The position numbers and the translations under genes were made by a program. Source: Balanoglossus misakiensis (lineage: Eukaryota; Animalia; Hemichordata). From it: a DNA stretch of 64,000 bases. Positions 42,904-55,519 of the stretch are shown in pieces (position 1 is the first letter of the stretch; each line of letters starts with the position of its first letter). The stretch lies in contig CM082580.2 of the NCBI GenBank assembly GCA_040954595.2, positions 1,230,783-1,294,782 on the forward strand. The letters run 5' to 3'. A model generated the notes under the pieces. The model did not search any database. It was not told the DNA's origin and saw nothing but the letters and a program-made list of their open reading frames with translations.

Positions 42904-45747
42904 CGCTGTGTCATCTGAAAATATATTAGTTAGCTCCCTGGCGGTATTAAGTGGTGAAAATACATCAGCACCTTCAAGACAATTGATATACAACCTGCAG
43001 TTTGACTCATTTATTTTATGTACGCTAACTGAATTATGGGTTTCATTTTGGAAAGGAAATAACTGATCTTTTAGATTCTTGGCAGCCATAGCTCTATAGG
43101 GTAAATAAATTGCTATTCTCTCCATTAACCCACCTGTAGAAGTATGCAATGCAGCTTTAACATCTTTATTGACACACATTTCATGGGCTTCATCTAGTGC
43201 TACATTAACCCAAGTTGAGCCTGACAAATTGCAAACAAAACCACCTGCTTTGAAATGTAACAACAGAGAGTTTGGCATCTTCAGAAGGTCAGCGAGATGT
43301 CTGGGAATTAACCTCAAGTACAGGGATCGGTCATATGCATGGAACAGTGGGTTCATTTGTTTCAAAGCCAATATTCGAAGGTTCCAATTTCCTGACCTTA
43401 TTGCAATGTACAAAGACATGTATGCAAACAAATCTTCCTCTATAAATCTAACCCAAAATTTGAAAGTTTTGTCTGTATTTGCCCTTCTGCACAGTACGTG
43501 AAATATCCCATGATTCATTCTGATTTGTACAATCATTTACTCAGTCAAACCAGGCAAAGTTAACATGTGTAGAGAGAATTGTACACCACTAATATAAATT
43601 TTGAGATCTTACTTTTAAGGTGAATCTTATTGTCAATTACCATTTCAAATGATTTAGAAAATTATGCATTATTGAGAGAGGAGATACGAATTTTATAAAA
43701 TAATCAAGCAATTGCATAGCCAGCCATACAAAAAAGTTTGGAGTAAAACAGGGTCACTTGTAAAACCTGTTTAATCAAACAAAAAGATATTGATTTTTTC
43801 TATTGACAGAACAATGGAAATTTACATGTTAACTTTCAACAGAGACTGGCCACCTCAGTTAGTCATTGCTTGTTTCCCCTAAAGTGTGACATTTGCAGTA
43901 CATTGATACTTTGATTTCTATGGCTTTTAAATTTTGATTTTGAAATTTACATTCTAATTCCTCAACGTACTTTTCCTAGATAAAAATAAATAGATTTATA
44001 TGTACTTCATATCATTGTTACTATCTAAAACAGAAAAAGTTATTAAATGGGCAACCTTCGATGATACAAATAACGGAGACTTGTGGGTAAAATATCGTAC
44101 TATGTTCTGTCACAAAAAATCTGAAATTCCTCTTGCAAGCCAGTAAGTTGAGCCTTAAGGTCACCATTAATTTTGTCAATATGATCAGCTTTATCTTCAG
44201 TACATTCCAAACATTTTGTGACAGCTTCTAGTAAACATTTTTGGACTGTTTCTGTATCTAAGGGACAGTGCTGGGTATTATGGGTTTCACCCCTCTGATT
44301 CAAAAAGGAATTGACAAGACATCTAAACATACGTTCCCAAATTTGTGTTGGGAAGCGATGAGTTAGCTTGAAATTTGTACACTGAACTAGGGTTTCCGAA
44401 GTTCCCCCTTTATAATTGAACCCTGCCAGATGTTTTAAGATGGGTCCCTAGGATCTTTTTGCTCGTTGCTATGGGCCTTTATAGGACATTACACCCCGAT
44501 TTGGACTAAGCCGTTTTCAGAGTCTAACAAGGGGCTGGTAACTAGTTGAAAATCTGCACGATTGTGAGCGCGCGCCCCCTGACGCCATTGATATGCAAAT
44601 TAGCTAGGTCAAATTTCAAAAGCCTAAGGCTTTTTATTCCGTGACCTCAAAAACGAACTTGATACGTATTCATTAGTTGCTTGAACCAGGGAAGATCGTG
44701 ACGGATTTTGTTTTCGAATATTATCGTTGTATCCTACGATTTCAGCATACCCGTACCACATCTGAAAAAGTCATCGATTTTGGGTGTTTTTGGACGCACT
44801 CTTCCACCGGTATCGCTTCTTAGCACGACGAAAACAGAAAAAAACGATCCGTCACACTGTGCGGAAGTACGTTCTCAACAAGCAGGTCAAATTTGACTGG
44901 CGTACGTGGCCTATGAAAAAAGCCTTAGGGATTTTCGTGAACGGTACAAAATCTCTGTGTACAAAACATTGGATTTTTAGCGTTCGATCCAGTTACTGTG
45001 GTTACAGGACGCGCACGCTATCGCTGACCGCTGCTTTGCCGTATTAGCGTGGCGGCCTATGGCCGGGCGGTAGCTGCCGTAAACATACTCGGACATGGGG
45101 TGTGCACACAATCGTGCAGATTTTCAACTAGTTACCAGCCCCTTGTTAGACTCTGAAAACGGCTTAGTCCAAATCGGGGTGTAATGTCCTATAAAGGCCC
45201 ATAGCAACGAGCAAAAAGATCCCAGGGACCCATCTTAAGTCAGCATCCCAGAATATTTTCATGATGACTGGTTGGTAATTTTTTAGAGTATGCCAGTCTC
45301 CGATAAAAGGCTGCAACCAGTCTAAATCTGCACCATACATGTCTTTTAACTTTATCAGGTGATGGAAAGTTTTCCCATCACCAACCACAACCAGGTATTT
45401 TATTCTTACACCAACTCTGAATGTAACATATACAGCTTATTGATAATGTTATGGACAGTTTCAATAGAGTCTGCGTGTTCACTTGATATGCCCAAATAAA
45501 TGACATTTGAGCATTCACTGTCATTACTGTTAGCAGTTGTTGCTAATGTTGATTTAAAATCCCCAAATACTGTTTCTATATCAGCTCTGTGCATTGTATT
45601 TTTTGTAGAGCAAAAATGAATGCGTCAGAAAACAGTTCTGACCAAGCAATGGCTTCTTCTTGTTTAATGTCAAAATCTGACAGCGAAATTGATGACTGTG
45701 GTTGATGTTGTCTCAGTAGAGGTGGTTTAATTAAATACTACATCATC
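42904..45747 (-). pseudogene. Academ transposase core fragments, interrupted
   Basis: VGDGKTF..WLQPFIGDWHTLKNYQ..WDADL|KHLAG..; FKFWVRF..AIRSGNWNLR..FHAYDRSLYLRL..HF..GGF..W.NVALDEAHEMCVNKDVK. Confidence 0.8.
44439..45234. mobile_element. TTAA-targeting MITE (Kolobok-like) with ~128-bp near-perfect TIRs
   Basis: TTAA|gatgggtccc ... gggacccatc|TTAA; removing it restores the Academ frame (WDADL-KHLAGFNY). Confidence 0.88.
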
Positions 45748-45761
45748 ATGAACAGTATCAT

Positions 45762-47473
45762 ATGATAAACCTGGGGGTTTTATGTGGGAGCAACAGCCTA
45801 TAAAATCCCTTGGGGTTTTCTTTGGATACGATCGACTGAAATGTCTACTTTTGAAATGGGAAAAGAAAATTGAAAGGCTTAAAAGCGTGCTCAACATCTG
45901 GTCACGACGTAAGCTGAGCCTTTATGGCAAAATTACGGTTTTAAAGTCTTTGGCACTGCCCACAATTTACTACCTTATGCTTAATCTTGGTGCTTTTGAA
46001 ACGTGGCTCACGAATATCAACCGTCTTATTTTCAAATTTCTGTGGAATGACAAGCCAGACAAAATCAAAAGGCTCACACTCATTGCCCCTTATGATTGCG
46101 GGGGACTAAACATGCCTGACATTTTTGCCATCCATGACGCCTTTTGTTCATCATGGGTTCGTAGATTATGTGACAATTCCTCTGCCAAATGGAAGGCCTT
46201 GCCACTGCATTGGCTCGGGCACTATGGTCCAGATTTTCTTATTTTTCATTTCAATTTTAGCAACATTTCCTGTTTCCCATTTCTCGAGAGAATTCCCTTT
46301 TTCTATAAACAAGTAATTTCAGCTTGGCATAGTGCAAAAGGTGGTTGCGTCACTTTCTCCAAACTCAGTAATTTAGATGTGCGTAATCAAATTATCTGGG
46401 GTAATGTCAACATTTCAGATAATGGTAAGACTCTTTTTTTCCCTGGTTGGATTCACTCAAATATTATCTATGTCCAGGACATTGTCGATACCAACGGCGA
46501 TTTTCTTCCACCTACACTGTTGTTACAAAAACTCGAGAATAAGTCAAATTGGATAGTTGAATGGATGAAGTTGCGGAATCTTATTCCCAGAGAATGGAAG
46601 TCTGTGTTGAAAGGTACTCAGTTGCATCAGATGCGTAGAGAAAAGAATTTTCTTCATGTCAATGGAAAAGTTTTTGTTTTACCTAATGATCTGTCTCGCC
46701 TTACTTCAAAATTTTTTACAGTATTTTTGTGCAAAATCGTTTTATTCGTCCATATTGTGAAAATACATGGAATCGTCGTTTGACCATGACTACTCCACTA
46801 CAGTGGAGAACTATATGGGTTAACCAAACGACTGGATTGTGTTGTGATAGGAAACTTGCTGAATTTAACTTTAAGATTATGCATAACATTTTGCCATGTG
46901 GCATCAATCTTTGAAGATGGAAAATTAGTAAAAATGATCTATGTTGTCTTTGAAATGTAACTGATTCTTATGAGCATCTATTTTTAAAATGTCAACGTTT
47001 AGGGGATTTTTGGCAGCGTTTATCTGCTTTGCTCAGCAAACTTGGCATATGTCAAGAGGTCGACTTAGAAACTATTATTCTTGGTTACAAAACTATGTAC
47101 AGTCATCCTCTTTATAGATTTGTAAACATTGTCATTACTATTGCAAAGTATTGTGTATTCGCTTCATGGGTCCATTTACAACATGATATTAACAGCATTA
47201 GAGCAAAAACCAATTTCGATATATTTTACAGATATCTACAATTTATGCACCAAATACTCAAAAGGAATAATAATCTAGATTTCACCCATTATTGGAAGAA
47301 AATCCTTGCTTCCGTCTGAGATGTAATTATTTTGTTAAACAAATGTACCTGGTGAATCTCTTTTTATATAGTATTATTTTTTATTTATTTATTTATTTAT
47401 TTATTTCATCAAAACACGATTTATCTTTATGATACATGTAAGATTAAATGAATGGAAATAAAAAAAAAAAAAA
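45762..47473 (+). mobile_element. 5'-truncated Tx1/L1-group LINE (ORF2 C-terminus, 3' UTR, poly-A)
   Basis: KSLG thumb motif, W..RKLSLYGKITVLKSL, GGLNMPD, CCHC-like CCL..DSYEHLFLKC; poly-A to 47473; 14-bp TSD atgaacagtatcat (45748-45761 and 47474-47487). Confidence 0.93.
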
Positions 47474-49675
47474 ATGAACAGTATCATTGAATTTTTTCTC
47501 CGTAAATGTACAGGCTTTACTCACAGGTGCACTCAAACCTGTACCAGTATTTTTTGAGATAGATCTGTCAACCATGATTTTAGTATTATTTCCACAAGGA
47601 AAATTGGCCAAAATTTTATTCATTTCAGAGTCTACTGTATTTTGTGAACAAAAGCCACTGTTTAATTCCTGACACCGTTCAAATGAATTCTTTGCATTTT
47701 CACTCACCAGACTATCTTTTCTTTTAATTAACTGCCTGTTAAGAAGCAAATCATAATGGCCTGGTTGACCTGGCCTGTCTGGTGTGTACAAGAGACAGAC
47801 AGGCTCAGTCTTGGAGAACACATCACCATCACCTCTTGCAAATATATCATTCTGCTTGGTGTATATATGTCCTTCAAAGTATATATGATTGGCACGCATT
47901 ATGTCTACTGTATCTGCTCTTAACTTGTCTGTGAATATTTTCTCTCGGTCAGCTAAAATTGGGTCAGAAGGGAGTCCATTAAGTAGACGATCACAATTTC
48001 GTAATGCAAAATCATTTCTCACAGAGATGCTCCTGAAAAAGCACCTTCCATCACCATAAATGTTGATTAGCTGAAAATCTTTGACAGTTGAATGTTTGTC
48101 ATGACTGCCAAAAACAATATCATCAATACTGTTCAGAATTGACTTTGATTTTGGTTGGACCATTCGATAAGAAGTACCGTGGAAACCTCTGTCCTTTGGA
48201 TCAGCTCTAACAGCTGCATATTTAGCTGATTTATCAATATTGTCAATGGAAGTTAAACAAAATGCATTATTTGCAATATTTTCCTCTGTGAAATCAGCTG
48301 ATGTTCTTTTGTTGATCACTCCCAACATGTATCTATGCAATGTATCTCCAGAACAAATAATACCAAATCAATTTAGAATTTTCACTAGAGTAGATGACTT
48401 ACTATAACCTTCAACAATGTCAGCCAGGTAAGTATGCAATGGGTAAGTACAATGATCAGAACAAATGAACAATAGCATACACACAAAAGAAACGCCTGAG
48501 GAATCATGCTCTACTCTCCATAGAGTGCCGGTCATAAAATCCATAGTTGTGTTTATTCCATACAAAGTTGGAGCTTTTTAATTTATTGCGTTCACTGTTG
48601 TTCAACGTTTAATATACAACAGTGTTCCATAACATAGGGTCAACCTCACTGACAATATATTCAACATCAAGTGTACTCAGATCAACATTGTTTGTTTTGC
48701 AGTAATTACTGAATTCTTGAGATTGCTGATAAATGCTGGCATTTAATTTCACAGCCACCAAATCAAGCATTTTGAAAAAGTCAACGTCAACTTTACTCAA
48801 GTCTCTTACTTGCTTTTCAAGCCTCTCTATCTGTTTCTCAGCTTGCACAACATACTGAGGATGTTCGACAAGTGCATTTTGGAGGGCAATAGTGAGATCT
48901 GAACCTGTTCGGTACAAAAAGGTGGAGAACTTTCTACTCACTTTTGATACAACAGAAAGGTGAATTGGAAAATACACACATAGCAATTCCCGAATAAGCC
49001 AGCTATTAGGTTTTCTGTGGAATTCCACTGGTTGTAACTTGACATTGGGTCGCAAAGTCTGATATTCATTGTCTAAACAATCATTGAAATATTGCCTGAC
49101 ATCAAACAATAGAATGGCATGTTTTCTGAGGAGCACTTCTCCTAAAAAGACAACAGTTTTCCAGCATGCAAAATTCACCAAGTCGTCGTCACAGCTGCAT
49201 CCTTTATTGTAGCATTGTGACATATTTTTTAATTTCTTCAGCAAGTGCTATATCACTCGACATAATTAAGCCTTGTTGAATACTACACCTGGCTTTTTCC
49301 GCTAAAGCAACAAATGTTTTATAACATTTCAAACAAATCAGGCTGTCTTGAGTAAGGGCAAATGGTGTGTTAGTTTGTTGGTGAAATGTTTGCACCATTT
49401 CAAAATCAGGGATTTTAAACAAATTGTTTGCCCGTGATAAGCACGAAGTACACAAGGGATGGCTTTTTCTCATAGCAAGGATGTAGTGACGTTGACACAG
49501 TGGAAATGATGAAACATCCTTTAAAACCTGAGTTGTCTATACTCAATTTTGTACACAGTCCTCCTCGCCTGAAATCAGCTCTATAATGTCGCGTAAAAAA
49601 TGGCCTATTTTGCGACCCTTCAGCGGGGCCCACTCTAACAGCTACATGGTTTGAAGTACTTTCCCTCATTAACAT
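47474..49675 (-). pseudogene. Academ ORF N-terminal part: CxxC motifs, SIDNID transposase motif and OTU-like domain
   Basis: LCTSC..ICLKC; SIDNIDK..FHGTS; IYGDGRCFFRSI ... GHYDLL; multiple frameshifts. Confidence 0.75.
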
Positions 49676-50405
49676 ATGTTAATGAGTACCGTGCGATCTG
49701 ACTGTACAGACAGAATAACACACATCGAGAGATTAACAGGCAAACACTGGCTGACCCATAAGCGGCCAATGGCATGTGTACTGTACACACAGCAAATGGT
49801 CTCTTTAACAGATAGCCAGTTATGTAAACATGCAGTTACCAATCACTGTTATTATTGACAAATTGCATCCAAGTCCAGACACAGGCTTGAATACAATGTT
49901 TAAACAATAACAACATTGCTTACCCAGCTTCACCGAGCTGAAATGATCGTTGACAACCAGAATAATACTGAATAAAAATTCAAAAATTACAGATACAGGA
50001 CCTTTCGTTGCCCACATATTATATTACCGTGGTCTGTGCGTCGCATTTTAATTGGTCAAGATGAACGACATCACTGACCACAAATACCCAGTAATGGTTT
50101 GTTTACATGCCCGTAAATCTGAATAGTAATATTAGCAAACAGTTCAGTGAACACAACATTTTGCATAACACAAGTTCCGGGGCCCCAAGTCTTGTGTGTG
50201 GGACATTTTCAGAAATATTGACGGTTTTCTTGAGATTGTTGGTAATGTAATGGAAATAAATGCAGGGCTCGGGCTCTAGCTAAGCTAAAATTAATGGGCT
50301 CGGAAGCCTCGCCCATGAATTTTTGGCTTTCCCCTCGCCCTTGCCCATAAACAAACATTAATGGTCATGGCGTCGTGCATTATTTCTATATTGTGTTGAT
50401 CTTAC

Positions 50406-50522
50406 CTGTACACTCTCCATTGACCAATCAATATTCCACAGCACAAGTGAAATAAAAAGAGCCTGCTGTATTCACACACTGGCCTTCACAAAGATCTGCT
50501 CTCTCCATATATTCATTGACAT
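50406..50522 (-). pseudogene. Calcium-binding EGF exon 2, two Cys lost and an in-frame TGA
   Basis: atttcag|AT ... G|gtaag; 117 bp; DVNEYMERADLCEGQCVNTAGSFYFTCAVEY*LVNGECT; TGA at 50428-50430. Confidence 0.85.
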
Positions 50523-50844
50523 CTGAAATCAAAGATAGTTATTATTATTTATTTATTTTATTATTATTTATTTCCTAACAAATGTAATACACATACATCT
50601 TCTACAGAAAATAATAAAATTAGAAAACAAGTGAAAGCTTAAAGGATAAAAAATTACACTTAAAAACCCCAAACAAACAGAAACAGTTCTGAAAGACAAT
50701 CCCTATAAACCAAAAAAGCAATTGGAATGAAATAGTGCTGAATAAAAAGACGAGTCTTTAAACCCCTTTGAAAACTGTCAATAGATCCAGCATTGTGGAT
50801 AGAAGGTGCACAAACACTGAATCCTATTTAGCCATATGCCTTGT

Positions 50845-51058
50845 CAGTGTTCGAAATTCATAGGAAATATCAAGCAGTCATTGTTTCTTTTAATTGCAAT
50901 ACATGAACCTGGGAAAGTCTAAAAGATGCCATGATACCACTAGTCAACTCCCACGCTAAATTCAACCTGTCTGTCGGACTGGTAACATTTTATTTTTACC
51001 AGTCCTACAGAAAAACAACCAGTCTCGGACTGTCGGACAGGCTTTATTTCGTACACTG
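50845..51058. mobile_element. hAT-like MITE
   Basis: cagtgttcgaaat ... atttcgtacactg TIRs flanked by direct gccttgt. Confidence 0.7.
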
Positions 51059-51778
51059 GCCTTGTTAAGTTTTGAAATGCTCATTCATGGTGATGAGTTA
51101 TCAAGAATATACCCGTTAAAAATTACTGTACCCTCAGAGAAGCATTTTGTAATGTCTTTAAAATGAGATGAAAACTATATGAATTTTCTAAGTGTATATT
51201 TATTCTTTGCAGAGGTAATTTATTTAGCTATAGGTTGATAATTTATGCTAATTTCATTAAATTATGCAAATAAGTAGTGAAAATACTTGTACATGAATAT
51301 ATCAGACAGTCTTATAGTATCGTGTGAGGTTGATGACACATATTCTTAACCACATATTTCTTGATCAATTAATTGTTTTTACACCAAAGTCCTCAATATC
51401 CATGGCGATCCCTTTCTAGGAATTTTAACACTCTCTATCATTCTCATTTTAACAAAATCCCCTGAAACTTGTGTACCCTGTCAGCAAAACTTTGTCTGAT
51501 TTTTAAAATACAGATTACTTTTTCTCCCTTGCAAACAAATTTTCAAAGATAAGTTTTCACATTTGTTAATTTGTTTATATTATGCATAATTATAATTGGA
51601 AAAATTCTGAGATACAATTTCAACAAACATGTGTTCAGTACGAGTGTGCGGTTGATTTCAAATTTTAAAATGTGTGCAATGGACAGACAGGATGTGTGTT
51701 TAGCTGATTGTAACCGTAGCAATATACAATCCCCAAACAATGTAGCCACAGAAGATATCAATATCCACAGTTACATAC

Positions 51779-51901
51779 CGGCACATGCATGGCCATCCTC
51801 CAGCAGATAGAATCCTGGTCTGCAAGTGCAGAGATAACTACCATGGGTATTCTGACAATAGTGTTGACATGCATATCCACCACTGTGACATTCATTCATA
51901 T
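51779..51901 (-). pseudogene. Calcium-binding EGF exon 1, intact frame with 6 Cys
   Basis: cctccag|AT ... G|gtatgt; 123 bp, phase 1-1; DMNECHSGGYACQHYCQNTHGSYLCTCRPGFYLLEDGHACA. Confidence 0.92.
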
Positions 51902-52151
51902 CTGGAGGGTAAGAAGAAATTAGAAATTATTTACAAGCATTGAATTCACTTTAATTCCTTGGATTAAAAATACAGAAAAAATAGCCAACAGCTACTACAG
52001 CTAACTTAGCAAAAATGTCGACAAAATTTTACAGTGACACTGGCGTACTCTGCCACTGATATGAGGATATAAGAAAGGGAACTGGAATATTTTTTCCTCT
52101 GTATAATCAAATTAACAGTAAATGACTGCCATGGCAACATAACAGATGTTA

Positions 52152-52484
52152 CAGTCAAACCCGTGTTAGGTGCCACCTCTATATAGTGGCTACTCTGTTA
52201 CAGTCCATATACATTGTGTTAGGTATTGGTATTTACTGTTATGTATAAATTTGCAGTGTACGAGGCTGAACGAGTGAGCATGTGCAGTTGGCAATAAAAA
52301 AACAGCATGGCTGTCTAGTTTGTACACACATGTCCTGTGTCGTCTAATCACTCTGGTATAAGCCCACAATAATATAGCAATATATTACACATTGCACATT
52401 AAATGACCTGACTGTAGAGGCCACCTTTCTATAAAGGCCAGTTAGGAAAGTCCCCTGTCTGGCCAGTATAGACAGGTTTGACTG
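52152..52484. mobile_element. Tc1/mariner (pogo/Tigger-like) MITE
   Basis: TA|cagtcaaacc ... ggtttgactg|TA. Confidence 0.75.
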
Positions 52485-52491
52485 TACCTAC

Positions 52492-52675
52492 CTCTTTGTG
52501 GCTGTGAATCTGTACCTGGCCATCTCTCCTGTGGCTGTGAGTTGATAGAATTCACAGCAGCAATTGGTGGCATCTTACTGAACTGACTAGCATTTGCCAT
52601 TTGCATGACACCCTCTGTGGCTTTCAGTGCAGCAGCTGGTGCCTGCTGGGAAGTCATCTTTGGAGGTGAAGTTGC
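52492..52675 (-). pseudogene. Low-complexity Q/P/S/A-rich exon (phase 0-1), probably MED25 linker
   Basis: cttttggacag| ... gag|gtaggt; ATSPPKMTSQQAPAAALKATEGVMQMANASQFSKMPP..SQPQR. Confidence 0.6.
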
Positions 52676-53101
52676 CTGTCCAAAAAGATTAACAAACCTA
52701 GTTAATATGGAGCATTATCAAGGCCAGTATTCAAAACCCCATTTTTAATTCATGACTGCAATTTTTGATTCGATGTTGAGCTTGCAACTCTCAAAGTCCT
52801 ATTTTCAACACACATTTGGATGGGATTGAGTTTTAGGGCTTATCAACATTAATCACATTAAAAATTGAATTTGATTACTGAGTCTGTGGCATTATCCAAA
52901 AAAGTCTTAGCATTTACAGAGTGGGTTTCTAGCAACCAAAACAGAAGTTTTGAATTTGTTTTGAAACAATAGTCAACTGTAAAGATAATGGTTAGACAAG
53001 GCTATGTGAAACAGTCATAAAAAGCTTTCAATTCACAGGATGGGTAACTAGAAACGGCTATTTTATTATATAATAAAGTAGAAGGTAGACCACAACTGTA
53101 C

Positions 53102-53363
53102 CTGGGTGATGAAAATTGTCTCAATGGGATAAATGAAACAGTCACATTTGGTTGTTGTGTCCTGTTTGCTGTGACAGCGGATACTGGTTGGTTGGGTAAA
53201 CTGGTAGGCTGACCAAAAGGCATTGATGACCTTTGACCTTGGCCCTGCATCTGGGGCTGACTTGGTTGAGTCAATTACTGTTGAGAGGATGACAGTTGTT
53301 GTGGAGACTGACTTCCAATTTGACTTGGTTGTCCAAGTGACAGATGACTTGTTGGTGCGGCAC
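53102..53363 (-). pseudogene. Q/S/P-rich exon, probably MED25 linker
   Basis: tttttactacag| ... cag|gtacag; 262 bp; AAPTSHLSLGQPSQIGSQSPQQLSSSQQ*LTQPSQPQMQG.. with TAA at 53275-53277. A second reading frame is fully open. Confidence 0.6.
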
Positions 53364-53649
53364 CTGTAGTAAAAATATTTAGTTGATTTATTTATATACT
53401 GTAAAACGGGAAATTTCTGTGACAGGAAATGTTTGCAATATCAATAGAGACAACTGTTATGCTACACTTAAATTTTGCTTTCTTATATTTCACTAACTGC
53501 ACCAATATCCCTGAAAAACATTTTTACGTGACTTTTAATTTGCATTTTTTGGTTCTCGCGAAGTTCACAATAATTTCCTGTTTGACAGTAATTCATCTAT
53601 TGCAAACAAAGAAAATATGTCTACCTAGGATAGAATGACTGGAACAGGT

Positions 53650-53823
53650 GCAGATCACTAGTATACAAAGCCAGTTCCTCCAAAACAATGAGAGGTAAAG
53701 TGCTGCGCTCAAGGGCACAATATCGCGGTCATGAAGTCACCATCCTCAAAACCCACGGCCATGTCCAGGTCTGGTTCTTGAACCCACAACCCTGTGCCCT
53801 CACCACAAGGCCATGATGTCTCC
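53650..53823 (-). mobile_element. tRNA-derived SINE remnant
   Basis: Minus strand: A-box-like tggccttgtggt, B-box-like ggttcaagaacc, then the CORE-like tgtgcccttgagcgcagcactttacctc. The left boundary is approximate. Confidence 0.65.
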
Positions 53824-54845
53824 TCAAACTCTCCTCAAAAGTCTCCTGCTTTAGTCTAATCATTGTTAGAAATACTTTCTGCTTTGACCTTTTACATGAA
53901 GGATTTGATGCATACACACAGGCCAGTTGACAAGGAAAGCCTCTCAACATTGGTAAAACTGCATAATAATGATACATTGTAATTGAATATATTTGTGAAC
54001 AAAAACAATCATGGCCTTTACACTATTAGCTACAACATCTAACCCTCAAACCAATCTGATGAAAATATTTTTTGACCCAAAAATGGAGTAGAACAATTTG
54101 CATCTTTTATAGAACAGAAAAACAACAGTTCATAAAAACAATGAAAGTGTCCTTTTGATATCCTATGGCAAAATCTTTTCTTGGTCCCATCAAAGTTATA
54201 ACTGCCTTTTTTATTTGAAAATTTGACAAAAAAGCCAGAGCGAATAATAATATGTGATGTGTAATAAATATTAATAAATATATTACTACCATTTTATGGA
54301 AGTACCCATTTAGAGTAATGAAAACTTTAACAAACCACAAAAAAGGTTTTGTACATCACCACAATAGGATGAATTGGTTGTAAATGGCCATGTAAACATG
54401 TTGTATATTTGTCCTGTGAACTTTAGAATCTGGATTGTATGATTTCAAATATTTGCTCAGCAACAGATACCCAAGCCGTCACGCAGTTACACCCATTGGA
54501 AAATGGTATTACCCACACCAAGGTGGATGGAAGTTGGTCCTGGCGCTTTTTTTCCCATGATTCAAATTACAGTTAAGGCCATATTATAAATTCTGCCAAC
54601 TTTCCCTCGATTTTGTAAAATACCTGACGACTTATACTTGACGAATATGTTTTTTTTTCTGAAAGAGTGACCTCAAAGCTACCAAATTATGTAGAAAATC
54701 AGCTGGACCGGATTTCCCCTTTGAAAACAGTAAAACACAGGTGCAAGCTTTCTTTTATTATGGGTATGGCAGAGAAAGCTTTTGACTGCTGTCAAAATTC
54801 TCTGGCAAACACAGAAGGATTATGAAACTGAAAATGTTGATAATA

Positions 54846-55371
54846 CAGTGAAACCTGTCAATACAGACATCTCTCTAATCAGGACAGATTGTTCAAGACA
54901 AAAGTAATGGCTTGAATAGAATATTACATGCACATTTCTTTTAAGGACACCTCTCTTTTAAAGGGACAAAGTCTCTCTCTCGCTGCCCTTTTTTCCATTA
55001 ATAATGTTTGATACAAGACACTGTTTATGTTAATGTACATGTGTATATGTAGTGAATGAACATTCAACCATACACAACTTCCATCCCGCGTGTATGATAT
55101 GGGAGTAAAAACTCACCCAAAACGAATAAATGGTAGAGACTGATTATTCATTTTGGCGATTTTTTTCACTCTCATGTCCACAAGCAGGATGGACTTTGTG
55201 TGTGGTTGAATATTGATTCACCATATATCCACATGTAGAAAAAACATAAATGGTGTCTTGTATCAAATATAATTAATGGAATAAGGGGCAGCGAGCGAGA
55301 GAGAGAGCCTGTATCCCTTAAAGGACATGTTGTGTGATCCCAGAGGTGCCCTTACTTGGCAGGTTTCAATG
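54846..55371. mobile_element. Tigger-like MITE containing a nested palindromic MITE (~54972-55307)
   Basis: TA|cagtgaaacctg ... caggtttcaatg|TA; inner inverted arms ctctctcgctgccc..ttccattaat..tttgatacaagacac and gtgtcttgtatcaaa..attaatggaa..gggcagcgag. Confidence 0.7.
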
Positions 55372-55519
55372 TACTTCGCACATCAGTTGTACTCCACTGT
55401 CGGTATCGAATCATTTCCTGGTTGACATGGTGAGCTTTACATAAACAGATAAACCACCTCAAAAAGTGGGGCCCATAATTAGAGAATGGTTTTTAACCTC
55501 ACAATTTTACCATAATTAC

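Larger units (their letters stand above)
38732..49704 (-). mobile_element. Academ (AcademX-type) DNA transposon, both ends intact, ORF decayed
   Basis: 32-bp TIRs cagtcagatcgcacggt(g/a)ctcatt..catatg (38732-38763 and 49673-49704); 4-bp TSD TACA (38728-38731 and 49705-49708); minus-strand fragments with SIDNID, VGDGKT..IGDWH, ALDEAHEMCVN, HEEAD/DTD/TGCD and a C-terminal Cys cluster. Confidence 0.85.

Noticed and set aside
45782-46783. 333-aa ORF as a host gene
   Set aside because: It is a LINE ORF2 C-terminus bounded by a TSD and poly-A.
31644-53363. TAA read as Gln (alternative genetic code), since three Q-rich exons each have a TAA among Gln codons
   Set aside because: CAA to TAA is a single transition expected in decaying Q-rich exons; the same locus also has a TGA, lost cysteines and frameshifts.
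53740-53823. tRNA gene
   Set aside because: A- and B-box-like motifs are present but there is no complete cloverleaf, and the sequence continues into a SINE body.
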